Source of the DNA: Thermoplasmatales archaeon
GTDB lineage: Archaea; Thermoplasmatota; Thermoplasmata; Thermoplasmatales; Thermoplasmataceae
Direction of reading: 5' to 3'
Length of the DNA stretch: 64,000 bases
Assembly: GCA_027310185.1 (NCBI GenBank)
Contig: DAIDBH010000006.1
Span: 160,001-224,000, forward strand
Part shown: positions 40,641-50,649 of the stretch, piece by piece
Layout of the letters: the number at the start of each line of letters is the position of its first letter
How positions within the stretch are numbered: the first letter of the stretch is position 1
Position numbers and translations under genes: made by a program
Notes under the pieces: generated by a model
What the model was told of the DNA's origin: nothing
What the model saw: only the letters and a program-made list of their open reading frames with translations
Databases searched by the model: none

Positions 40641-41790
40641 ATATTCCTTATGTTTATTGCAGCATTCAGATCCCTGTCCATAGAAAGACCACACACATTG
40701 CAGTGATATATGCGATCCGACAGTTTCAAATCATGCTTGATGTTTCCGCATTTTGAGCACATCTTTGATGAAGGATCGAATCTTCCAATCTCAATGAGGA
40801 CCGCTTCCCCCCATTCGAGTTTATACGTTAGCATGGTCTTGAACAGATACAATCCCTGATCTGCTATGCTTCTTGCAAGATGTTGGTTTCTTTGCATTCC
40901 CTGTATGTTTAAATCCTCAATTACAACAGTACCGTAATGCTTGGCTATCGCTGTTGATACCTTGTGGTTGAAATCCGTTCTTGCATCCCTGATTTTCTGA
41001 TTTATCTTCTGCACTTTCACTATCTGCTTCTTCCTGTTTTTCGATCCTTTTCTTTTCCTTGATAACCTCCGCTGTTCTCTTTTTAACTTCTTTTCACTTT
41101 TCCTCAATGCATTAAGCGGTTCAACCTGCAATTTATCCGATGTGGTTAGGAATGCCTTGATTCCCATGTCTATGCCGATGATGGCATCTCCTTTAGATAA
41201 CTTCTCATCAGTTTCATGCTGGATAAATGCATAGTAGCGTTCAACATCTTTAGTTACAATAACCTGCTTTATATCGGCTGGAAATGTAGATTCGTCTCTG
41301 TACTCTATGCCTTCCATGAATTTTTTGATAATCAGCTTGTTTCCGTCTGTTTTGAATCCTGATGGTATTATGAAATACTGGTTATCCTTTTTTGATCTGA
41401 ATTTCGGATAACTGGCATTATGCTTGAAAAACGACTTGAATGCCATGTCCAGCTTTACAAGGGAGTGTTGAAGGCTCTGAGAATTGATTTCGTTCAACCA
41501 TGTTAACCCCTTCTTCAATGTCGTTAACATCTTCATGGTATCGAAACCTGATAATCCCCTCTTTTTGTCGTTCTTATGCTCAGCAAAGTACTTGTTTCTC
41601 ACTTCGAGAAAATGATTCCATACAAAGCGGCATGACCCAAAGTGCTTTTCCAGAAGAACCGTCTGTTCTACATTTGGGTATAAACGCACCTTGAGGATTT
41701 TAATCATTACTTACACAGTCACACAAATACCAATAAACTTTCACAATTCATCTCCTCCCTGAAGGTCGGAGCTTTCTTGCTCAGATTATT
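40498..41790 (-). mobile_element. IS200/IS605-family element, tnpB-only (IS1341-like), 1,293 bp
   Basis: Left end follows (T)TTAC, with AAAG at +16..+19 before hairpin CTCCGACC-TTCA-GGGAGGAG. Right end finishes TCAG, with GAAC at -35..-32 before a hairpin. Removing the element restores ...GTT TCG TAA in maa. No tnpA. Confidence 0.9.
40538..41707 (-). CDS. tnpB: RNA-guided endonuclease TnpB
   Basis: KVRLYPN..FGSCRFVWN; RuvC-I GIDMG, RuvC-II VIEDL, zinc finger CSKC..CNVC, RuvC-III DRDLNAAINI. Confidence 0.95.
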   Translation of the reverse strand: MIKILKVRLYPNVEQTVLLEKHFGSCRFVWNHFLEVRNKYFAEHKNDKKRGLSGFDTMKMLTTLKKGLTWLNEINSQSLQHSLVKLDMAFKSFFKHNASYPKFRSKKDNQYFIIPSGFKTDGNKLIIKKFMEGIEYRDESTFPADIKQVIVTKDVERYYAFIQHETDEKLSKGDAIIGIDMGIKAFLTTSDKLQVEPLNALRKSEKKLKREQRRLSRKRKGSKNRKKQIVKVQKINQKIRDARTDFNHKVSTAIAKHYGTVVIEDLNIQGMQRNQHLARSIADQGLYLFKTMLTYKLEWGEAVLIEIGRFDPSSKMCSKCGNIKHDLKLSDRIYHCNVCGLSMDRDLNAAINIRNMGLIKIGQDMSKFTPVESATAAELSKGGLRVATL

Positions 41791-41824
41791 GTAAAATTTA
41801 TAATAGGGTTGATTATATGCACCG

Positions 41825-44284
41825 GTGGGTAAGTTAACATCATACTTATTGGGACTTGGAATCGTTTTATTCTCAAGCTATTATTATCTAACTGTCTATT
41901 ACAGTCCTCTGATCCAATGGATAGGACCGTCCCTTGGGACCCCTTTTGTTATAATTTCAGGACTTTTATTGTTTCTCCTTGGGAATCCATTAAAGGAGAC
42001 TATATTGATTCCCATATTTATACTGACTGGCATTGCAATTGGAATAGGGGCAAGAAAGGGCAGAAAAGCCTTTGTATCAACCATTTCTATATATGCATCA
42101 ATACTGACAGTAATGGGTATTTCGCTGTATTTCATACTGTTCAATGAAACCAGCGCAATCAGTTCATTGTTGAAACTATCTACCTCAACCTCGGTAAGCG
42201 GTGTAACTAATTCAGGTCTCCCTCCAATTCCAAAGGGAAGCTCAATGACTGCTATTCTTTCTGAGCCATTGGTACAAAGGATACTCAGTACAATTTCCTC
42301 TTTCCTTGGAAAAGGTACTTCTAATCCACTCTCCGGTTCGTCAGGTTCATTTTCAGCTTCCTCCATAAGTACAATAGTGTCAACATACGGGCCGATTATC
42401 TTCAAAGAGTTACTTATACAGGCAATCGAAGACTTCCTGATTGTTGCCATAGTTGCTATGCTCGTTGGATATCTAATTAATAGATATGCAAAGAGAGAGA
42501 AGAAGGCTCCTGCAAAGACCGGGAATACTGAGCAGGTTAAGGAAACGAAGGAAACTGCTAAAATGGCAGCAATAGTCATACTGACACTACTTGTCATAAT
42601 TTCATTTTCTGTACCCATTATGCATTCAGGTAATCAAAGTAATAATAGAGGTGATGTGGCGCAAACTACATTAGAACAGTCATTTGCGACAGGTTTTATT
42701 ACAAATGTCCTCCATACCGATTCTAGCTTGAATTCGCGTGGTAACAGTTCGTATTCCTTCGCCGGTGGTTTTATTGGTAAAACTGGGTCACAGTATGGCG
42801 TGTATGGGAGTATGCAAGCTAACAGCAGCTCAGGAAGCGAACTTATGGCTGCAAATTCAACAATTCTGTCCGCATATTTTGTCACATACAACGTTTCTAA
42901 TCTGTTGTCTCAATTAGGTATTGATAACCTGTATCATGCTACTGACTTCAATTCAAATGAGTTAACCCAGGTTTTCAACCTGCTCCCGGAAGGAATGATT
43001 CTGTTTATCACTGATGGTTATTCAAATTCTCAGCAGTCTTCCACCTATTCATCAGCTAAAGATTTTGTGTCATCGGTAGGAGGCAGTTCACTAAATTCAG
43101 TCCTGGCATTGAATCTCAGCCTGAGCAGTCTTAATATACCGGATGTTGGGATTTATTTATTCTCATTCACTCCTGATTACAGGAATATTGAGAACAAACT
43201 GGTAGAAAATAATGGTGCATTCTATGGAAATACTCAGTCTAGCTTGATCCTTAAGAGTTCTATTCAGGACGGAAATCTAAGTTCAGTAACAGCAGATGGT
43301 CCTATTGATTCATTTGTGATGATGGGTGGAAGTATCCATTCAAGCGAAATAACTTCAGATCTGTCCAGCTTTTCAGGACTGTCTACACTTTTTAATTCTA
43401 AATCCGATTTTACCTTCTCTCTTTCTATTTTTGAACAGAATCACGTATATACGTCCTCAGGAAACAAACATACGTTTACCCTGGCCAAACTGATAAACTA
43501 TGATCACAGTCTTAACTTCTCAGGAACTCCTGAGTCTTTAATTGTAACAGGATTCCCGGTGGAAATGAATAATGTAAACAAGTATGAATTCTACAGTTAC
43601 ACTAACAACAAATCACTTGCCAGTGAAGTAGACTTCGGCAACTATGCCAAAGTGGTAAATACAACGGGCATGATTAATCCGGATGAAGTGAATTATGTTA
43701 CAAATGCAAATTTCCCGGCTAAACTGGAGGTTTCAGATAGAATATCCAACATAACTGCAAACGAACATGCTGTTTCCATAGGAGTTACGAACAGGGACAC
43801 AGATACACTCACGAACCTGTCTATAAATGAAACTGGATTTGTGGGAGAGTACGGAAATTCCATTCACATAATTTCCGGATCGACTGAAAGTTCAACTTAT
43901 GCAAAACTATCTCCAGGAAATACGCTGTATCTTAATTTTACAGTAATAACCAGGAATCCAGGATTCTATACACTTGGAAATCCAATAGTGAGCTATGAAA
44001 ACAATAACACTAAGGAGAATACAACTGGACCTTTGGTCGGTTTTTCTGTAGCTGATCCACCCGTTCAGGACGCGGTAAATAACTTACTTTATTTCTATGT
44101 TGACATGGATGCGGGCTCGCTCGTGCCACAGCTGAAGATATTATTAACACCCCTTGTTGGCTACTTCTATCTTTTCGACCTGATAGTTGTCCTCGTCGTG
44201 ATTGCGGACCTGTATTTAGAAATCAGGGCATTCAGGAGATGGAGAGCGAAGAAAAAGAATATGCCCACAGGCGGTGGAAATTAA
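41825..44284 (+). CDS. Hypothetical membrane protein: N-terminal TM bundle, large Ser-rich extracellular region, Ig-like module, C-terminal TM anchor
   Basis: Hydrophobic segments in the first ~270 aa; VTNRDTDTLTNLSINE..LSPGNTLYLNFTV..PGFYTL resembles a CARDB/DUF11-like domain; ends with TM plus RRWRAKKK. Confidence 0.7.
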   Translation: MGKLTSYLLGLGIVLFSSYYYLTVYYSPLIQWIGPSLGTPFVIISGLLLFLLGNPLKETILIPIFILTGIAIGIGARKGRKAFVSTISIYASILTVMGISLYFILFNETSAISSLLKLSTSTSVSGVTNSGLPPIPKGSSMTAILSEPLVQRILSTISSFLGKGTSNPLSGSSGSFSASSISTIVSTYGPIIFKELLIQAIEDFLIVAIVAMLVGYLINRYAKREKKAPAKTGNTEQVKETKETAKMAAIVILTLLVIISFSVPIMHSGNQSNNRGDVAQTTLEQSFATGFITNVLHTDSSLNSRGNSSYSFAGGFIGKTGSQYGVYGSMQANSSSGSELMAANSTILSAYFVTYNVSNLLSQLGIDNLYHATDFNSNELTQVFNLLPEGMILFITDGYSNSQQSSTYSSAKDFVSSVGGSSLNSVLALNLSLSSLNIPDVGIYLFSFTPDYRNIENKLVENNGAFYGNTQSSLILKSSIQDGNLSSVTADGPIDSFVMMGGSIHSSEITSDLSSFSGLSTLFNSKSDFTFSLSIFEQNHVYTSSGNKHTFTLAKLINYDHSLNFSGTPESLIVTGFPVEMNNVNKYEFYSYTNNKSLASEVDFGNYAKVVNTTGMINPDEVNYVTNANFPAKLEVSDRISNITANEHAVSIGVTNRDTDTLTNLSINETGFVGEYGNSIHIISGSTESSTYAKLSPGNTLYLNFTVITRNPGFYTLGNPIVSYENNNTKENTTGPLVGFSVADPPVQDAVNNLLYFYVDMDAGSLVPQLKILLTPLVGYFYLFDLIVVLVVIADLYLEIRAFRRWRAKKKNMPTGGGN

Positions 44285-44712
44285 TTATTTTCCACGTATA
44301 ATTTTTCTTTTATGAAGTTGTAGGCTTTAGTGATTATGTTTTTCTGATTATCGAACTTCAGAAACTTTAAAGTTTCCTCGTAGTTTAGCCAAACATAGGC
44401 TTCGTGCTCGTCTGATGTTTTTACCTTTATGTTCTTATCAACTTCCCCGAGAAACAGGGTTAGATCCTTATGGATGTTGTTCTTGTCATAATAGAAATAG
44501 TAATCTGTCTTCTCTTCAAACCCGGGTATTATCTTGCACTCTATTCCTGTCTCCTCGAGCGTCTCCCTGAGTGCTGCATCTGTCTTATTTTCTCCCTTTT
44601 CTATATGTCCCTTTGGAAAATCCAAATTACCATCCTTTTTCATCAGGAATAGAAACTGAATTTCGTTCATTCTTCTGAAAATAACTATTCCGGAACTACT
44701 TTCGTGAACCAT
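44281..44712 (-). CDS. NUDIX hydrolase, Ap4A hydrolase-like
   Basis: ESSSGIVIFR, DFPKGHIEKGE..AALRETLEETG, SDEHEAYVW. Confidence 0.88.
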   Translation of the reverse strand: MVHESSSGIVIFRRMNEIQFLFLMKKDGNLDFPKGHIEKGENKTDAALRETLEETGIECKIIPGFEEKTDYYFYYDKNNIHKDLTLFLGEVDKNIKVKTSDEHEAYVWLNYEETLKFLKFDNQKNIITKAYNFIKEKLYVENN

Positions 44713-44826
44713 TGTTAAGTATTACATGTTATTATAAAATGTTGATTTATATCAATTGCAGAAAATCAATGTCAGGACTATATAGATTCACAATTAATTT
44801 ATGTATTCAGGGCATTATGGGTCTGT

Positions 44827-46077
44827 ATGGATCAGAGGCAAAGGGATTTCTTCACACTTGACGATTTCGACTTTAGCGGAAAGACTGTTCTTTTAAGGCT
44901 GGATCTGAACTCGCCAATACATCCAGTGACAAATGAGATTATGAGTGATACGAGATTCAGATCTCATCTTCCAACAATCGAGCGTTTGAAAGGTTCAAAA
45001 CTGGTTATTCTTGCTCACCAGAGCAGACCTGGAAAGACCGATTTTACTTCACTGTTGAATCATGCAAGGAAACTTGAAAGGTTGCTTGGTCGCAGAGTCA
45101 GGTATATTGATTCACTCTACGGTTCAAGCGCCATATCGGCAATTAAGCAGATGTCAAATGGAGAAATACTGATGCTGGAGAATACCAGATTTTTCTCAGA
45201 GGATGTTGTTCTTGAGCCAGAGGATAAGGAAACCGTTGAAAATTCAAATTTTATCAGGAATCTATCAGAAGTGTGTGATTATTTCGTGAATGATGCTTTC
45301 CCGGCTATCCACAGGTCCCAGACATCCCTCACAGGTTTCTCAAGGAAGATGCCCAACATTGCAGGCCTCCTGATACAGAGGGAAACAGATGCCCTTAATG
45401 CGTTTCTCAAGGGAGACACAAGTAAAAATCTCGCCATACTTGCAGGCGCTAAAATTGAAGATTCCATCACTGTTGCAGAATCGTTCCTGCATAAGGGAAC
45501 CGTTAATCATATAATCGTAGGTGGAGTTGTTGCAAATGCTTTCCTCTGGGCCTCTGGATATAAAATTGGCAAAAAGAATGAGGATTTCATTATAAAGAAC
45601 AATAAGAAGTATGAAGCATACCTGAAGATATGCAGAGAACTACTTGAAAAATACCGTGAAAGGATCCTTATTCCAGATGATTTTGTCCTGAATCCTTCAA
45701 ACAGGAGAGTTGAGAAAGGGGAGGAAATACCCGATGATCAGATACTTGCTGACATAAGCCTCAACAGTATAGCAATGTTCTCTGAGGAGATAAGAAAAGC
45801 AAAAAGTATATTCATAAATGGCCCAATGGGAATGTATGAAATTGAACAGTACAGCTTCGGAACGTTCGAGATCCTGAGAGAGGTGGCTGCATCAACCGCA
45901 ATGAAAATAGCTGGAGGCGGTCATACAATTTCTGCAATTGAAGCCCTGAATATTCAGAACAGGATAGATCACATCTCAACGGGTGGTGGGGCACTCATAA
46001 GCTATTTATCCGGTGAGCCAATGCCTGTACTTGAGTCATTGAGGGAAAGCAGGGAATATTTTGAGAAGGTGGAATAA
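44827..46077 (+). CDS. pgk: Phosphoglycerate kinase
   Basis: RLDLNSP, AHQSRPG, LENTRF, NDAFPAIHRS, NGPMG, HISTGGGA. Confidence 0.97.
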   Translation: MDQRQRDFFTLDDFDFSGKTVLLRLDLNSPIHPVTNEIMSDTRFRSHLPTIERLKGSKLVILAHQSRPGKTDFTSLLNHARKLERLLGRRVRYIDSLYGSSAISAIKQMSNGEILMLENTRFFSEDVVLEPEDKETVENSNFIRNLSEVCDYFVNDAFPAIHRSQTSLTGFSRKMPNIAGLLIQRETDALNAFLKGDTSKNLAILAGAKIEDSITVAESFLHKGTVNHIIVGGVVANAFLWASGYKIGKKNEDFIIKNNKKYEAYLKICRELLEKYRERILIPDDFVLNPSNRRVEKGEEIPDDQILADISLNSIAMFSEEIRKAKSIFINGPMGMYEIEQYSFGTFEILREVAASTAMKIAGGGHTISAIEALNIQNRIDHISTGGGALISYLSGEPMPVLESLRESREYFEKVE

Positions 46078-46494
46078 ATGGAAAATAACGAGAACAGAAT
46101 TGATGTAAGGGAAGAACTGGAATTTCTGGAATCTTTTATAAATTCTTCAGAAAAGCAGATAAATCTACTCACCCAGGGAATAGAAGACTATGGAAAAGCA
46201 CTCAGCGTATTACAGTCAAAGGAAGTATCAGAATCATCAGAAAACCTGATATCACTGGGAGGAGGTGTTTTTGCCAAGGGGAGAATAGAAAGAGAGAAGG
46301 AAGTAATGGTAGCCATAGGCTCTGACATCTTCATAGAAGAAAAGCCAGAAATAACAATAGAACGTCTCAAGGGACAGATAGAGGAAGTCAGGAAATCACT
46401 CCAGAGCATGAACGACCAGCGAGCTGAAGCACTCAGAAGATATCAGGCTATAGTTCAATCAATCAATTCAGGCCAGAAAGAAGATGTCTCTTAG
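46078..46494 (+). CDS. pfdA: Prefoldin subunit alpha
   Basis: Coiled coils flanking LISLGGGVFAKG..VMVAIGSDIFIE; conserved pfdA-ftsY gene order. Confidence 0.9.
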   Translation: MENNENRIDVREELEFLESFINSSEKQINLLTQGIEDYGKALSVLQSKEVSESSENLISLGGGVFAKGRIEREKEVMVAIGSDIFIEEKPEITIERLKGQIEEVRKSLQSMNDQRAEALRRYQAIVQSINSGQKEDVS

Positions 46495-47344
46495 AGAGAA
46501 ACTTGGAAATCTTTTCAGAGGGAGCAAGGACGAGATAGAGCTATCCAGATTCAGGGATGAGTATTTTGAAATACTGCTTGAATCAGATGTTTCCCTTGAA
46601 ACGGTTGAATATATACTGGATATATTTGAAAAGAAACATTTAAAACAGAAAAGACTCAACAGAATAGAGGCTATTGAGAGTCTCAAAGAAATACTGCTTG
46701 AAATTCTTCAAAAAGCTAAGCCGGAAATAAATCTCATTGATATGAACAAGAAGCCTTTAATTGTAATGTTTCTTGGTATTAATGGAACCGGAAAGACCAC
46801 CACAATCGCCAGACTTTCATACATGCTTAAGAATAAGGGAAAAACTGTGGTGGTTGCTGCCTCGGATACTTTCAGGGCAGGGGCCATAGAACAGATAAGA
46901 TATCACGGTGAAGAGCTTGGAATACGTGTAATATCCCAAACAATGGGAAGTGACCCTTCTGCAATAGCATTCGATGCCATTGAGCATGCGAGAGCGAGAA
47001 ACCTGGATTTTGTTTTGATTGATACTGCAGGGAGGATGCAGACAAACAGGAATCTGATGGATGAGATGAGAAAGATAAAGCGTGTTGCAAAGCCTGACCT
47101 GACATTCCTTACGGTGGATGCAATGGCTGCAAGTGATGCCATAGAGCAGGCTACCACGTTTCTGAAAGACATAAAGTTTGATGGCATAGTTGTAAACAAG
47201 CTTGATACCGATGCAAGAGGCGGTGCCATATTTTCCATAGCACACATGTTTAAGGAACCGATCTATTTTCTAGGTATAGGTCAAAAGATGGAAGACCTCA
47301 TTCCATATGATCCCCAGTTTATTATTAAAAAAATATTTGGTTGA
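46484..47344 (+). CDS. ftsY: SRP receptor FtsY
   Basis: GINGTGKTTT, DTFRAGAIEQ, DTAGR, NKLDTDARGG, GIGQ. Confidence 0.96.
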   Translation: MSLREKLGNLFRGSKDEIELSRFRDEYFEILLESDVSLETVEYILDIFEKKHLKQKRLNRIEAIESLKEILLEILQKAKPEINLIDMNKKPLIVMFLGINGTGKTTTIARLSYMLKNKGKTVVVAASDTFRAGAIEQIRYHGEELGIRVISQTMGSDPSAIAFDAIEHARARNLDFVLIDTAGRMQTNRNLMDEMRKIKRVAKPDLTFLTVDAMAASDAIEQATTFLKDIKFDGIVVNKLDTDARGGAIFSIAHMFKEPIYFLGIGQKMEDLIPYDPQFIIKKIFG

Positions 47345-47427
47345 GAATTCCAAAGTACTATAAACTTCAATCATAGAATGAATATGCTAACACTGTGAAA
47401 TGTTGTTGTATATTTGAATTCAAAGAC

Positions 47428-48153
47428 TCATTTTATGTTTGATATTAGCCTGGAAATTTCATCTGTATCCATTTCGGTTGTTATGAGTGGTATATTTTCA
47501 ACTTCTGAAAGTTTGATTGCCAGTTCATCAACACGATCTGCCTTTACGTAGACAACTGCAGCAGGCTTCAGTGGGTGTACCCTGATGGCGATCATGGGAC
47601 TTCTTCCCATCTTTACATCAGTAAAGAATATGACTCTCTGACTGGACCATCCATAGAGGAGACTATACTCACTGTAAGAAAATGAAAGTATTGCCTTCAC
47701 CCCGTTGACTATTGTGTACCCCCTTACATACCTGTCAGTTGGTGCTCCTGACACTGATACACCCTTTATCTTATTGATGATTGTTTTAAGATTTATATCC
47801 CGATCATAATCCCTTATGTCGATGAGGGCTTCGTATGGCACGCCAGACCGGTATCGTCTCAGTATTGTGCCTCCATGTTTTGTCTCTATTCTTATCATTG
47901 CAGAAACAAATTTTCTTATTGTATTGACACCAGGCGACTGCCTCCTGCCAGTTTCATAATCACTTATCATCGAAAGGCTGACATTCATCTCCCTTGCAAG
48001 TTCGCTTTTGGTTATGGAAAATTCTTCCCTCCATTTCTTGAGAGTTTCATTTGGAGTCTCAGACAGAACTATTTCCCCAGCTATCTTTTCTTCTACGTTC
48101 ACAACCGCTGATGATTTTATTTTATTTATATTTGTCGAATTGATATTCGACAA
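47428..48153 (-). CDS. Archaeal Cro/C1 HTH transcriptional regulator (COG1709-like)
   Basis: IAGEIVLS..P..LKKWRE, SMISDYETGRRQSPG, GRSPMIAIRV..LKP. Confidence 0.85.
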   Translation of the reverse strand: MSNINSTNINKIKSSAVVNVEEKIAGEIVLSETPNETLKKWREEFSITKSELAREMNVSLSMISDYETGRRQSPGVNTIRKFVSAMIRIETKHGGTILRRYRSGVPYEALIDIRDYDRDINLKTIINKIKGVSVSGAPTDRYVRGYTIVNGVKAILSFSYSEYSLLYGWSSQRVIFFTDVKMGRSPMIAIRVHPLKPAAVVYVKADRVDELAIKLSEVENIPLITTEMDTDEISRLISNIK

Positions 48154-48157
48154 TAGT

Positions 48158-49009
48158 CTAAACTTTTTGTCCGTGAAGCAATGATTTCATCAGGAGGCTT
48201 ATATGACCAGCTTCCTGCATTCTTCTCACTGAATATTGAATCCATTTCTGCCCGAATGGAATGTAGGAGAAAGCCATCTTGCCTCTTTTCTGAAGATCAA
48301 TAAGGTACTGATTCCTGATTCCATTAAGCATTCCGTACCAGACCTCTTTCTTATGTTCCTCGCTTAATTCTACTGCTTTCTCTATCATAAGCTCGTCGTG
48401 ACTTGCAACCATAAACATTTTTGTGTTTTCAAACATATAGACTAAAATATCCTCATAATTCTTATTGATCTCATCTTTCGTCTTGAATGCCACCTTTTCG
48501 TCCTCTGTATAAGCTCCCTTTACCAGCCTGAATATTCCACCCTCACTGGAAAGTGTCTCCACATCCTTTTTTGTCCTCCTGAGGTATGATTGGACACATA
48601 GACCAACGTTACCTGTCGAAATCTGGCTTCTATAGAGCTCTATGGTTTTGTCTACAAGTTCAGATTCTTCCATGTCTATCCACGTGAAAATATTTTTTTC
48701 CTTAGCCTTGCTGACTATTCTCTCAAGGTTTTTCTTTGCAAGGTCAGGACTCACTGATAGACCAATTTGAGTTGGCTTTATGGATATTTGGAACTTTTCA
48801 TCTCCAGCATCGATCTTGTCAAGAATCCTGATATAAATACCAGTTGCTTCCTCTATATCGTTTGAATCTGTGAGTGCCTCTCCCAGATAATTGAATATGG
48901 CCCCAATTCCAATTTTCCTGAATCTCTCCCCTCTAGTTATGGCGTCATCGACAGATGGCCCAGCAATCCATTTTCCAGCCAATAATTTTTCCATGAACCC
49001 GTTAAACAT
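48158..49009 (-). CDS. Proline dehydrogenase (monofunctional)
   Basis: WIAG, YLGE, SIKPTQIG, IDMEES, QSYLRRT, RLVKGAY, ASHD, YIPFG..W..Y..RR; start uncertain (49024/49009/48994). Confidence 0.9.
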   Translation of the reverse strand: MFNGFMEKLLAGKWIAGPSVDDAITRGERFRKIGIGAIFNYLGEALTDSNDIEEATGIYIRILDKIDAGDEKFQISIKPTQIGLSVSPDLAKKNLERIVSKAKEKNIFTWIDMEESELVDKTIELYRSQISTGNVGLCVQSYLRRTKKDVETLSSEGGIFRLVKGAYTEDEKVAFKTKDEINKNYEDILVYMFENTKMFMVASHDELMIEKAVELSEEHKKEVWYGMLNGIRNQYLIDLQKRGKMAFSYIPFGQKWIQYSVRRMQEAGHISLLMKSLLHGQKV

Positions 49010-49222
49010 TAAGATCATGAACAAAATGACAAAGATGTTATTATCCCTTTTCTATCCTTTAAAACCGTTATCCACTATTCATGTTAACCACCTGGCTCTT
49101 CATTAGTTTTAGTTCTTAGTGCTGTCATAACTAAGGAGTAACATGATAGTGAAAATTCCACTCAAACGATGAGGTTTAGTGTCAATGTGACAATCTTTAA
49201 ACCTATCTCTCTATGCTGCTCT

Positions 49223-49606
49223 ATGTACAGAAAGATTTATTCGACTCTTGTTTTATTATCAGCACTCAGCCTTTTAATTGGTTCACTCTCACTCAGGTTG
49301 GGTAATCTTGTGCCAGAAAGCCTGACTGGCCTTACCATATTTGCCATAATTATACTGATTTCATATGGTATCCTGCTGCTGTATTTTGATGGCAGCAGAT
49401 TCCAGTTTATTGGCGTTATTCTTGCTATTATTTCCTTCCTCATTTCTTCAAACACTGCTCATTTTAACGGATTGACAGATTTTTACTCCTCCAAATATTT
49501 AGGAATTGCTGACATAACGATGATTACCGGTTTCTATGTATTTCCTGCAGCCTACATAATATTCTGGATAAAAAGTAATTTTAACAGGGTGACAATACAC
49601 AGATAA
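49223..49606 (+). CDS. Hypothetical 4-TM membrane protein
   Basis: Four hydrophobic segments; stop overlaps the ATG of the next gene (TAATG). Confidence 0.65.
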   Translation: MYRKIYSTLVLLSALSLLIGSLSLRLGNLVPESLTGLTIFAIIILISYGILLLYFDGSRFQFIGVILAIISFLISSNTAHFNGLTDFYSSKYLGIADITMITGFYVFPAAYIIFWIKSNFNRVTIHR

Positions 49607-50337
49607 TGGTAACCGGTATAATTACAGCGGCCGGTCTTGGCACGAGATCCGGACTCGACGGGAAATTCAGAAAAGAACTGTTGCCGATTTATGATAGAAT
49701 CGATGATAGACTTGTTCTTAGACCGGTCATCGACGTTGTTTATCGAAGACTCAGGAAGTATGGTTGTAATAAGATAATACTTGTACTTGATCCGGCAGAC
49801 CAGATGAGCAAGCTGTATGTGGAGTCAAATTTTGAAGACTTTGAGATAGTTTTTCAGAAGGAAAAGAAGGGTTTCGGAAATGCAGTTTTTATTGCTGCGC
49901 AGGCTGCAGGGGATTCGGATTTTGTTCTTAATGCGGGTGATGGGGTGGTTGCAAACTCATCCTATTACGAAACAATCTGCAATTCTGGATGTACTAACCT
50001 GAACATTTTCAGGGTAGATCACCCGGAGAAATATGGTAACGCTGTGCTGGATGAGAGCAGCAAAACTGTCTGGGAAGTGGTGGAAAAACCCCAGCATCCA
50101 AAGTCAAATTTTGCCATAGCAGCCCTGTATTTTTTCAAGAATGATTTTGTTCAATTTCTTGATCAGTCTACTGTGGAACTTACAGACTCAATAAACAATT
50201 ACATAAAGGCAGGCAACAGAGTTTCATATAATATCATGGACAGAAATGACTGGATCAGCATAGGCCGAAAGGATGAATATTATAAGGTACTTGAAAGGTC
50301 TTACAAGATTAGTGCGACAGAAAGTGGTTTGTGCTAA
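49606..50337 (+). CDS. Sugar-phosphate nucleotidyltransferase (GalU/RmlA-like)
   Basis: IITAAGLGTR, KELLPI, QKEKKGFGNAV, YG, VVEKP, ELTDSI. Confidence 0.88.
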   Translation: MVTGIITAAGLGTRSGLDGKFRKELLPIYDRIDDRLVLRPVIDVVYRRLRKYGCNKIILVLDPADQMSKLYVESNFEDFEIVFQKEKKGFGNAVFIAAQAAGDSDFVLNAGDGVVANSSYYETICNSGCTNLNIFRVDHPEKYGNAVLDESSKTVWEVVEKPQHPKSNFAIAALYFFKNDFVQFLDQSTVELTDSINNYIKAGNRVSYNIMDRNDWISIGRKDEYYKVLERSYKISATESGLC

Positions 50338-50649
50338 TTTGAGCGAAATAACTCTTAAACTTACAGTGAATTTGGATTACGACGTTTTATTAAGCATAAA
50401 TTAAGTGCGTGAACAGTTAGAACCCACAAAAAAAATGCAATTATGAACGGCGAAAGTAAAGATTCATTATGAATAAAATGTGTGTGCCATGAATGTTATT
50501 CCACACTGTTACTGTGGAAGATGCTAAGATGTGGATTACTCTAGTTAAGATGTGTGGGACAAAGCTATATGAAATAATGCCATTATGTCATTTGTAAACT
50601 AGAACATACCCTATGGAATCAATTATTAGATAAAAAAGTGAAAATGGGT

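Noticed and set aside
39772-41790. Integrated island at tRNA-Ser (maa plus IS)
   Set aside because: No integrase, and no duplicated tRNA 3' end (att site) was seen.
41899-42618. 239-aa minus-strand ORF, and the many other 60-160 aa nested ORFs in the track
   Set aside because: They lie antisense or out of frame within well-supported genes and show the typical shadow-ORF composition.
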